A stretch of DNA of 64,000 nt. Origin: an uncultured bacterium. Lineage in GTDB: Bacteria; Schekmanbacteria; GWA2-38-11; J061. Under the pieces are notes generated by a model. That model made no database searches, was not told the origin of the DNA, and saw nothing but the letters and a program-made list of their open reading frames with translations. Every line of letters begins with the position of its first letter. The stretch's first letter is position 1. Shown here one piece after another: positions 20,725 to 28,990 of this stretch. A program made the translations under genes and the position numbers. The stretch lies in the NCBI GenBank assembly GCA_964549305.1, contig CAZJVM010000001.1, positions 1-64,000 on the forward strand, in the 5' to 3' direction.

Positions 20725-20772
20725 TAATTCCTGAGAAAAACTTCTTTAACGGAAAAAATTTTGCTTAAAAAT

Positions 20773-21606
20773 ATGCCATCAAAAAAGATAATCAGTATTA
20801 CAAGCGGAAAAGGAGGAGTCGGGAAAAGTACGCTTGTTTTTAACATTGCGTTGTCACTTAATAAACAGGGCGCCAATGTACTTGTTCTTGACGCGGATCT
20901 TTCCCTTGGAAATATGGACCTCTTTGCAGGAGTTAAACCTCTTTTTACGCTAAAAGATGTTTTTGATGGAAACAGAAGTCTTGATGATGTGGTAATAGAG
21001 GTTAAAAAGGGGTTGAAAATTATCCCCACTTCCTCCGGAGATGAAACACTTTGCAATCTTTCGGACAAGCAGGAGATAAATCTTGTTTCCGCTTTTGATA
21101 ACCTGAAATCATCCTTTGATATTCTTCTCATAGATACGGATGCGGGTATCTCCGCAAATGTAATATATTTTTCGACAATATCTCAGGAAATTGTTCTTGT
21201 CATAACTCCTGATCCGGCATCGCTTCATGATTCTCTCGCGCTGATTAACCTTCTTTCGAATAAGTACGGAGAAAAATCTTTTAATGTCGTTGTTAACTGT
21301 GTGCGCACCAAAGAGGAGATGGGAAGCGTTTTTTCATCTTTCAGCAATATGGTGGACAAGGAAAACTGCAACGTGCGCCTGAACTATATGGGGGCTGTTC
21401 ATTTTGACAATAAAATGGTCGAGGCCGTCAAAAAACAATCGGCGGTGAGTGAGCTTTATCCCAAGTCCTTGTCGTCAAAAGATATTAAAAAAATCGCCGC
21501 AACGATAATGGCAATGCCTTCACAACCATTTCCAAAGGGAAATGTGCAGATTTTACTCGGAGATTTTTTGGAGCAAAGCAGAAACAAGGAAAAATATAAC
21601 CTTTAA
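20773..21606 (+). CDS. flhG: MinD-like ATPase FlhG/FleN
   Basis: ISITSGKGGVGKS deviant Walker A, DADLSLGNMD, LLIDTDAGIS, ITPDPASL; directly upstream of fliA. Start ATG 20773 or TTG 20761. Confidence 0.85.
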   Translation: MPSKKIISITSGKGGVGKSTLVFNIALSLNKQGANVLVLDADLSLGNMDLFAGVKPLFTLKDVFDGNRSLDDVVIEVKKGLKIIPTSSGDETLCNLSDKQEINLVSAFDNLKSSFDILLIDTDAGISANVIYFSTISQEIVLVITPDPASLHDSLALINLLSNKYGEKSFNVVVNCVRTKEEMGSVFSSFSNMVDKENCNVRLNYMGAVHFDNKMVEAVKKQSAVSELYPKSLSSKDIKKIAATIMAMPSQPFPKGNVQILLGDFLEQSRNKEKYNL

Positions 21607-21621
21607 AAAGGGTATGGTACA

Positions 21622-22434
21622 ATGAAAAAAGTTATTTTAAAAAGGAAGTCGCGACGCAAAACGCTTAACAGTAAATTAGTAAACAGAGAAGAATTAATCG
21701 TTCAGTATTTGCCGCTAACGCGCTCGATTGCGGAAAGAATATCCACGAGACTCCCTAATAATGTTGAAATCGACGAGCTTGTTGCAGCCGGCATAATGGG
21801 ATTGATGGATGCGGCAGACAAGTTTGACCCTTCCAAGCAGATTAAATTCAAAACATACGCCGAATTCAGGATAAGGGGCGCCATACTTGACGAACTGCGC
21901 GCGATGGACTGGCTTCCCAGGTCCCTGAGAAGAAAAACTTCCCAAATTGACAATGCCCGTTTCACTTTAGAACAGCAATTGGGGAGACACGCTACGGATA
22001 AAGAGGTCGCGGAGCATATGAACATAGACATCGAAGAATTATATGATATGATAAACAGCGTAAAAGGAAAATCTCTTCTTTCTCTGGATGAACCGATAGA
22101 CGGAGATTCAAAAAGCAGAACACTTCTTGAATGCCTTGTAAGCAAAGATTCTCAGGACCCGCATTCACTTGCAAGCTTAAAAGAAATGAAGGAGATGATA
22201 GCAAAGGCAATTGACCTTCTTCCGGAAAAGGAAAGGCTTGTAATTTCGCTTTACTACTATGAAGAACTGACTATGAAAGAAATAGGGCAGATTATGAATG
22301 TTACGGAGTCAAGAGTGTCACAGATTCACACAAAAGCCGCGATGTCGCTAAAATCGAAGCTTAAAAAAGTATCAAAAGAAAAATCGGTTCCTTCTTTTAA
22401 AACAACTGAATCCGCTTTCGGGAATTCAATATAA
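21622..22434 (+). CDS. fliA: RNA polymerase sigma factor FliA/WhiG (sigma28)
   Basis: KFKTYAEFRIRGAILDELRAMDWLPRS; LYYYEELTMKEIGQIMNVTESRVSQIH. Confidence 0.95.
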   Translation: MKKVILKRKSRRKTLNSKLVNREELIVQYLPLTRSIAERISTRLPNNVEIDELVAAGIMGLMDAADKFDPSKQIKFKTYAEFRIRGAILDELRAMDWLPRSLRRKTSQIDNARFTLEQQLGRHATDKEVAEHMNIDIEELYDMINSVKGKSLLSLDEPIDGDSKSRTLLECLVSKDSQDPHSLASLKEMKEMIAKAIDLLPEKERLVISLYYYEELTMKEIGQIMNVTESRVSQIHTKAAMSLKSKLKKVSKEKSVPSFKTTESAFGNSI

Positions 22435-22440
22435 CAGATT

Positions 22441-23130
22441 ATGAGCGAACAAGATAAAAAAAAGGACATCCTTTTAAACATTCATCATACCTTTCTTTTG
22501 GGAAAAATCACAGGAGATTTATTCCACGAAATCAATAATATGGTGGGGGCGTCAATTGGTTTTGCGCAACTTGCAAAAATGAGTATGGGCGAAGATGATG
22601 TGAATAAACTCATCGATGTTGTTTTAAACTCCACGGAAAAAATCAAGGAAATAAGCAAATCCGCGCAGACCTACCTCAGTTATTCAAACAATAACGGGTC
22701 GCTTGTGGATATTTCAGATGTACTCTGCCACTGCGTTACATTGTCAAGAAAAAGCCTGATAAAACGGGGAATTAAAATATCTGATTGTGACAAAAAACTC
22801 ATAGCTTTTCAAACCGATGTAAGGACCTTGAAGCATGCCATTTTAAGTTTTATTTCCTTCATTACGGAGAATAACGAAATCGGCGGCACTCTTGATTTGA
22901 AAGCGGAAAAAATTAATGAAACCCAGGTTAAGATTGAATTTTTTAAAGATGATTTATGCGTTGAAAAAATTAATGAAATTATACGCGATTTTGACAACCT
23001 GGATTTTATGGAAAATTTGGAAAATGACTGTTATATGGCATTGTATTTGATTCAAAAAGTATTGGGCGCTTCCACGGAAATTTCAAAGTCAACCTTTTCA
23101 TTTATCATTGACGAAATCGTTTCCCAATAG
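22441..23130 (+). CDS. Sensor-less histidine-kinase-like protein with degenerate ATPase domain (putative phosphotransferase)
   Basis: H-box LFHEINNMVGASIGFAQL near the N-terminus. The CA-like region lacks N, DxGxG and GxGLG boxes. Confidence 0.65.
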   Translation: MSEQDKKKDILLNIHHTFLLGKITGDLFHEINNMVGASIGFAQLAKMSMGEDDVNKLIDVVLNSTEKIKEISKSAQTYLSYSNNNGSLVDISDVLCHCVTLSRKSLIKRGIKISDCDKKLIAFQTDVRTLKHAILSFISFITENNEIGGTLDLKAEKINETQVKIEFFKDDLCVEKINEIIRDFDNLDFMENLENDCYMALYLIQKVLGASTEISKSTFSFIIDEIVSQ

Positions 23131-23237
23131 AACCTTTCTTTTTCATTCCCTTATGTTTACTGTTTTGCGATATCCTTATAAATCAAAAGCGTAGCTGAAC
23201 GCGTCGAGTCACTATGTCAACGGGATGTTATTCCGTC

Positions 23238-23265
23238 TAAAGTAGCAGCAAAAATATGACGAGGA
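23238..23265 (+). promoter_or_regulatory. Possible sigma28 promoter for the flgM-like gene
   Basis: TAAA-16 nt-GACGAGGA compared with consensus TAAA-N15/16-GCCGATAA; the -10 match is only partial. Confidence 0.35.
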
Positions 23266-23298
23266 ATAGCTATTCTTTAAAGAGGTAAATCCTTAAAA

Positions 23299-23526
23299 AT
23301 GAAAAAGAATAGAGATTCCCTCGAAGCAGTTAAGAAAATGCTTCCCTTTGTTGAAAACGACAGAGAAAGAGAAGAAAGAGTCCTGTATATTAAAAGTCTT
23401 GTTGAGAAAGGTAAATACAAATCCAATTCCGGTAAAATTGCCCAAAAAGTTATAAATGACCAGCTTGTTGATGAATATATGATGTTTTTACCCATCCTTA
23501 TGTATCTCGCAAAAGAATGTAAATAA
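23299..23526 (+). CDS. flgM: FlgM-like anti-sigma28 factor, N-terminally short
   Basis: REERVLYIKSLVEKGKYKSNSGKIAQKVI matches the FlgM C-terminal pattern R..+V..lK..i..G.Y......iA.k.l; sits two genes after fliA. Confidence 0.7.
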   Translation: MKKNRDSLEAVKKMLPFVENDREREERVLYIKSLVEKGKYKSNSGKIAQKVINDQLVDEYMMFLPILMYLAKECK

Positions 23527-23703
23527 TCGTTAACCAATCATTTGTGATTTATCAATCTTCCATTTGCAGTTTATTTAAAATCAAAGTATTTGCGGGCAAA
23601 TACCCCCCTCTGTGATTAAAATCCTTGATTTGAACACCAGGAAAAATATATAAGAATTTTAAACATTCATTAATAAAATATACTTTAATAAATTGGGACC
23701 ATC

Positions 23704-24954
23704 GTGGATTTCATCAAGGATTTATACAGGATAATTACCGAGCACTCGTCTGATATTAATAAATGGGTTGATGAGGTTTCTCAGGAGAAGTACATCTCCG
23801 TGTACTCATCGCACGATATCAGAAACAGCGGTTTCAAATCTTCCGCAGTTGACGCGAATGCCTTCCCCGGAGGATTTAGCAACCTCTGTGAAAACAGCAT
23901 TTCCATATGTTCCCGTGCCCTTAAAAACTATATTGATGAACACTATGAGGGGACCCGGAATATTATTCTGCTTGTAGAAGAACAAACCCGCAATCCCTAT
24001 TACCTTGAAAATGCCCATGTGCTGAGAAGGATTATAGAAAACGCGGGATTTAACGCGGTTTGCGCGATTCTCGGTGATGAAAAAATAGAAGCGAAGACAG
24101 CATCAGGGAAGAAAATTGAATTGTTTCCGTCAGTTGCTGATTCAGGCAAATTGTCGGCAGGAGATATAACCCCTGATATTATCATAAGCAATAATGATTT
24201 TTCCTCAGGTGAACCAACAAAGATAATAAATATTTCCCAACCGATTCTTCCTTTGCCTGAGATGGGATGGTATAGGAGAAGAAAAAGCCAGCATTTTGAA
24301 ATATATTGCCATCTGGTAAATCAATTAGGGAAAAAATATTCATTTGACCCGTGGTTACTTTCAGGTTTTTTTGATATTCACGATGATATTGATTTCGCGA
24401 AAAAAAAGGGATTTGAAGAAGCAGGGACAAAAATTGATTCGGTTCTAAAAGATATACAGAAGAAATATAATGAATATGGTATAAAAGATAAACCCTTTGT
24501 TTTTGTTAAGAATAATTCAGGGACATACGGTATGGCGGTTATGACAGTCGATTCAGGAGAATCTTTCGTATCCATGAACCGCACTACGCGAAATAAGATG
24601 TCATACAGCAAAAATAAAGTCAAAGTTTCAAGCATTATAATTCAGGAAGGAATACCTACTACTGATATGCTTGACGGGAAAGTGGCAGAACCGCTTTTTT
24701 ATTTTATAGGAAAGAATCCCGTAGGAGGTTTTTTCCGTTTTCATTCATCCCGAAGCACTAAGCAGAATCTCAATGTGGTGGGAATGAGTTTTGCCTATGA
24801 CAGTCTTTGTCCCGAGGAAACAGGATATTTTTCCGTATCGGGAAAATCAAATGTCACTCTGGAGAAGATTAAAGTATATGAATTTATGGGAATTCTTTCC
24901 ACTTTGGCTCAATCAATTGAAACACAAAAAATCGTGAATAATGGGAAACAATAA
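23704..24954 (+). CDS. gshA: Glutamate--cysteine ligase (ATP-grasp-like GshA of the Acidithiobacillus/betaproteobacterial type)
   Basis: YSSHDIRNSGFKSSAVDANAFPGGFSNL, IISNNDFSSG, MGWYRRRKSQHF, VFVKNNSGTYGMAVM, IIQEGIPT; overlaps gshB. Confidence 0.88.
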   Translation: MDFIKDLYRIITEHSSDINKWVDEVSQEKYISVYSSHDIRNSGFKSSAVDANAFPGGFSNLCENSISICSRALKNYIDEHYEGTRNIILLVEEQTRNPYYLENAHVLRRIIENAGFNAVCAILGDEKIEAKTASGKKIELFPSVADSGKLSAGDITPDIIISNNDFSSGEPTKIINISQPILPLPEMGWYRRRKSQHFEIYCHLVNQLGKKYSFDPWLLSGFFDIHDDIDFAKKKGFEEAGTKIDSVLKDIQKKYNEYGIKDKPFVFVKNNSGTYGMAVMTVDSGESFVSMNRTTRNKMSYSKNKVKVSSIIIQEGIPTTDMLDGKVAEPLFYFIGKNPVGGFFRFHSSRSTKQNLNVVGMSFAYDSLCPEETGYFSVSGKSNVTLEKIKVYEFMGILSTLAQSIETQKIVNNGKQ

Positions 24955-25906
24955 ATTAAGAATCGGAATTATTCTGGATTTCGTCGAATGTCTCGATGTT
25001 TTGGACGACACATCCCTTCTGCTTTTCAATGAGCTAAAGAAAAGAGGTCATGAAGTGTTCTATATTCATCCCGGAGATATATATTCCGTTGACGGAACTC
25101 TTATGGCTAAACTCTCTTATGCAGAATATGACGGTAATTTCGAAATCAAATCTGCAAAGATAACCCACGAAAAGGCAGAGACACTTGATGCCATACTTGT
25201 CAGAATCGAACCACCCTATGATATTAACTACATTTTCCTGAATCAGCTTCTTGATTTGGTGAAAGACAGAGTGTTCATTTTTAACGCGCCGGGAGGACTA
25301 AGGGAAGTATCGGAAAAACTTTTTATTCTCAATTTTCCAGATTATATTCCCAAAACGATTGTCTCAAAAGATATACTAAGATTGAAACATTTTGTCCTTT
25401 CAAATAAAAAAACCATAATAAAGCAGTTGGACTTATTCGCAAGCAAGAATCTGTTTACGTTAACGTCAGAAACTAAAGAACCGCATCATTATCTTAAAGA
25501 CGCAACCGCTAATGGGATAAAGTATGTAATGGCCCAAAGATACATTGATTCTGTCCACGACGAAGGAGATAAGAGAATAGTTTTCCTGAACGGCAAAATA
25601 TTGGGATGTTACAGGCGTGTTCCCGGAAAAGGCGATTTTAGAAGCGATCCGGATTTCGGAGGGAAAAACAGAAGCACAACGCTCACCGAAAAGGAAAGTG
25701 AAGTCTGTCTTCATGTAGCTGATGAATCATTGAAAAAAGGAATCTATCTCGGCGGCATCGATATGATAGGCGGTTACCTTACGGAAATAAATATAACTTG
25801 TCCCGCGGGAATTATCGCTCTTAATGAAATTTATAACGTGAAACTTCACGAAGATATTGCAACTTTTATCGAGTATAAGTGCGACAGTATGCCCGGGTTA
25901 AAATGA
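24941..25906 (+). CDS. gshB: Glutathione synthetase
   Basis: DDTSLLL, VRIEPPYDINY, SEKLF, MAQRYI...EGDKRI, RRVP...DFRS, GIDMIGGYLTEINITCP. Confidence 0.88.
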   Translation: MGNNKLRIGIILDFVECLDVLDDTSLLLFNELKKRGHEVFYIHPGDIYSVDGTLMAKLSYAEYDGNFEIKSAKITHEKAETLDAILVRIEPPYDINYIFLNQLLDLVKDRVFIFNAPGGLREVSEKLFILNFPDYIPKTIVSKDILRLKHFVLSNKKTIIKQLDLFASKNLFTLTSETKEPHHYLKDATANGIKYVMAQRYIDSVHDEGDKRIVFLNGKILGCYRRVPGKGDFRSDPDFGGKNRSTTLTEKESEVCLHVADESLKKGIYLGGIDMIGGYLTEINITCPAGIIALNEIYNVKLHEDIATFIEYKCDSMPGLK

Positions 25907-25950
25907 ATGTAGGGGCGAATTCAGGTGACTATTTTTAACAATGCGAAATA

Positions 25951-25967
25951 TGCACCAAAATGGTGCA
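25951..25967. promoter_or_regulatory. Perfect NtrC-type palindromic site
   Basis: TGCACCA-AAA-TGGTGCA in the intergenic region after gshB; no U-tract follows. Confidence 0.5.
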
Positions 25968-26018
25968 AAGAGGTAAAAGTACTTAAATGGCATTATGTTA
26001 TTTATAGTTATTAATAGA

Positions 26019-26027
26019 TTATCCACA
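26019..26027 (+). promoter_or_regulatory. DnaA box
   Basis: TTATCCACA, with two degenerate copies nearby: TTTTCCAAG 26031-26039 and reverse-strand TTTTCCAGA 26045-26053. Confidence 0.4.
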
Positions 26028-26086
26028 GGGTTTTCCAAGTACCTCTGGAAAACTTTTAAATGAATTACGCGGGAGGTATTCTTTTT

Positions 26087-26374
26087 ATGAATGTTCAGTG
26101 CCATTTTTGTAAAAAGAAAATTTCAGTCGAAGGCAGAGTGTCAAGGAGTGAAACCTGTCCGGAATGTGGTTATGATATCCACTGCTGTATGAACTGCCGT
26201 TTTTACGATGAGTCAAAACATAATAAATGCAGTGACCCTCAGGCAGAGTGGGTATCAGACAGGGAGAGGCGGAACTACTGCGATTATTTTGAAATCAATC
26301 CTGCATCAGAGGGAGCGGATAAAGGCGAAAAGGAAAATGCGCGGGAAAAAGCGGAATCGCTTTTTAAAAAATAG
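26087..26374 (+). CDS. Small Cys-rich (zinc-binding) hypothetical protein
   Basis: GGAGG SD then ATG 26087; CxxC...CxxC...CCxxC...C...C pattern (CHFC, CPEC, CCMNC, NYCDYF). Confidence 0.75.
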   Translation: MNVQCHFCKKKISVEGRVSRSETCPECGYDIHCCMNCRFYDESKHNKCSDPQAEWVSDRERRNYCDYFEINPASEGADKGEKENAREKAESLFKK

Positions 26375-26493
26375 TATAAGAAAAATTCTTAATTTCATAA
26401 AAAAAAGTTCACAAAATTTAAACAATGTTATATTTTACAGCGTTAAAAAGATTTAAGAATTGAACTTGTCGAATATTTGCAGGGAGAGGGAAG

Positions 26494-26934
26494 TTGGTTG
26501 AAATTTCTAAGGAAGAAGAAGAAAAGATTCGTCAAAAGATCAGAGCTGAGCTTGAAGAGGAGGAAAAAGAACGCCTCGAAAGACTGAAACATTTAAACTA
26601 TTTGAATGAAAAGGAAGATCAGGAAGAAGATAAAGTTGATGAAACGAAACTTTTGGAATTAAAGAAAATTGAAATAATAGAAAATGAGAAAGTCGCGTTC
26701 TATAAAGAAAAAGGTTATATTCCCGTAAAGACAAGATCAGGAAAAACCAAATGGATATCCAAAGAGGAGTATAACGAAAAGAAACATAAAATCCGCGTAA
26801 AGCGAAGGCGCAACGGCAAGGATTTAAATCCTGTGGAAAAACCCGGCCAAAAGAACCTCAAATCGATTTTTATCATTATTCTTATATTTGTTCTTTTTTC
26901 AATATTTATATCTCTTGTGTCTTCAATATTTTAA
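26494..26934 (+). CDS. Hypothetical protein, charged/coiled-coil with a C-terminal membrane anchor
   Basis: Purine-rich SD (GGGAGAGGG) before TTG; Glu/Lys-rich body; C-terminal hydrophobic IFIIILIFVLFSIFISLVSSIF. Confidence 0.65.
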   Translation: MVEISKEEEEKIRQKIRAELEEEEKERLERLKHLNYLNEKEDQEEDKVDETKLLELKKIEIIENEKVAFYKEKGYIPVKTRSGKTKWISKEEYNEKKHKIRVKRRRNGKDLNPVEKPGQKNLKSIFIIILIFVLFSIFISLVSSIF

Positions 26935-26980
26935 TTCCGAATATTATTTATAACCCTTTAAAACTTGTGAAGTATTCAAT

Positions 26981-28984
26981 ATGAAAAAGTACCTTCTCAA
27001 AGAATTGAAGCATGAAATCCGCGAAAATGGCAATAAAATAAACTTCAGAGAAGAGCTCAATGAATCGCAATATGAGGCAGTCAGCCATATTGACGGTCCG
27101 GTGCTCGTTATAGCAGGCGCAGGAAGCGGTAAAACGCGTACACTTGTTTATCGTGTCGCAAAACTTGTCGGGGAAGGCATTCCGCCCGAATCAATTCTTC
27201 TTCTCACCTTTACAAGGAAAGCTTCACAGGAGATGCTTCGCCGTGCCGCAACGATTTTTGACAGCAGATGCGAGAAGGTTTCCGGAGGAACCTTTCATTC
27301 TTTTGCGAATATGATTTTGCGCCGTTATGCGGAATTTGTTGGACTTACGGGCGATTTTACCATTCTTGACCGCACCGACTGTGTGGATGCAGTGGGAATG
27401 ATTAGAAGCGAGATGGGATTCAGTGAAAAAGAAAAACTTTTTCCGAGAAAAAGCACCATACACGCAGTTTTGAGTTTAAGCATAAATAACGGAATAAGCA
27501 TTGAAAATGCCATTGAAAAGAGTTGTCCCCATTTCATTAAGTGGCATAAGGAGTTCAACGCAATATCCAAAAAGTATAAATCTTACAAACGGGAAAACAA
27601 TCTCGTTGACTATGACGACCTTTTGACTCTTCTCGATAAACTTTTAAAAGAAAACGATGAGATAAGGGAGAAATTATCATCTTATTACCGCTATGTAATG
27701 ATAGACGAGTATCAGGACACTAATGTGATACAGGCAGAAATAGCGTACTCCCTTGCATCGGCACATAACAACATTATGGCGGTAGGTGATGACGCGCAGA
27801 GCATATATTCATTCAGGGGTGCCACATTCAAAAATATAATGGAATTTCCTCAAAGATATCAGGGGACTAAGATAGTAAAGCTCGAGCAGAACTACAGGAG
27901 TACGCAGAAAATCCTCAATTTTACGAATAATGTCATTGAACTGGCAAAACAAAAATATACTAAGCATCTTTTTTCTGAGATTACGGGTGGTGATGTACCG
28001 TCCCTTGTAAGAGCACCCGATGAATATACTCAGTCAAAATTTATAGTGCAAAAGATATTGGAACTGCACGAAAATGGGGTAAAACTTAATGATATAGCAG
28101 TGCTTTTCAGGTCCGGCGACCTTTCCTTTGATCTTGAACTTGAACTTAACAGAAGGGAAATTGCATATGCAAAATACGGAGGATTCAAGTTTATAGAAAC
28201 GGCACACGTAAAGGATGTTGTAGCACATCTTCGGATAATCGCAAATCGTCTCGATATTATCAGCTGGACAAGGGCACTTCTTTTAGTTGATGGGCTTGGT
28301 TCGAAAACAGCTTATAAAATGCTTGGGATTATAAAAAACAAACCGGAAAACCGTAATGCAATTCTGTCACTTGCAACCAAAAGGAACAAGGAAGGCATAG
28401 AAAAGATGTTAAATCTTCTTGAGTCAGTGGAGAAGACTTCAGATAAACCTTCAGAACAACTGCCGGAAGTTATTGAATATTATACACCTATAATCAAAAG
28501 AAAATATGACAACTATCCGAAACGAGTCAAAGACCTTGAGCATCTCCTTACAGTCTCGGAAAGATACAAGAGTCTGAGGTCATTTCTTACGGATATGGCA
28601 ATTGATCCTCCCACAGAGAAAAAATCCATTGCCGATGTGGAAGCGGAAGAAAAAAGGGATGATCTTCTTGTCCTGTCAACGATTCATTCTGCAAAAGGGC
28701 TTGAGTGGCACACTGTTTTCATTATATGGACGCTGGAAGGGATATTCCCGTCAAGTTATTCACTATGGGATGAAGAAGATGTTGAAGAAGAAAGACGCCT
28801 GATGTATGTTGCGGCAACAAGAGCGAAAAAAAATCTCTTTCTTTCATACCCTGTAAATATTTATGAGAGAGGGACGGGACAGTTGCTTACAAAACCTTCT
28901 CAGTTTGTTGCGGGAATAAGTGAATCGCTTCTTGAACATATGGCTGTAGTTGATGAGGAAAACGATTTTCCTGAATGGGAATAG
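26981..28984 (+). CDS. UvrD/PcrA/Rep family SF1A DNA helicase
   Basis: VIAGAGSGKT, LLTFTRKA, IDEYQDTN, VGDDAQSIYSFRGA, LEQNYRS, TIHSAKGLEW, EERRLMYVAATRAK. Confidence 0.95.
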   Translation: MKKYLLKELKHEIRENGNKINFREELNESQYEAVSHIDGPVLVIAGAGSGKTRTLVYRVAKLVGEGIPPESILLLTFTRKASQEMLRRAATIFDSRCEKVSGGTFHSFANMILRRYAEFVGLTGDFTILDRTDCVDAVGMIRSEMGFSEKEKLFPRKSTIHAVLSLSINNGISIENAIEKSCPHFIKWHKEFNAISKKYKSYKRENNLVDYDDLLTLLDKLLKENDEIREKLSSYYRYVMIDEYQDTNVIQAEIAYSLASAHNNIMAVGDDAQSIYSFRGATFKNIMEFPQRYQGTKIVKLEQNYRSTQKILNFTNNVIELAKQKYTKHLFSEITGGDVPSLVRAPDEYTQSKFIVQKILELHENGVKLNDIAVLFRSGDLSFDLELELNRREIAYAKYGGFKFIETAHVKDVVAHLRIIANRLDIISWTRALLLVDGLGSKTAYKMLGIIKNKPENRNAILSLATKRNKEGIEKMLNLLESVEKTSDKPSEQLPEVIEYYTPIIKRKYDNYPKRVKDLEHLLTVSERYKSLRSFLTDMAIDPPTEKKSIADVEAEEKRDDLLVLSTIHSAKGLEWHTVFIIWTLEGIFPSSYSLWDEEDVEEERRLMYVAATRAKKNLFLSYPVNIYERGTGQLLTKPSQFVAGISESLLEHMAVVDEENDFPEWE

Positions 28985-28990
28985 ACTATA

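Noticed and set aside
25907-26086. Possible replication origin (DnaA box plus AT-rich tract)
   Set aside because: There is only one perfect box, no dnaA/dnaN/gidA neighbours, no DnaA-trio run on the expected side, and gene strand bias is unchanged on both sides. A cumulative GC-skew plot of the genome would settle it.
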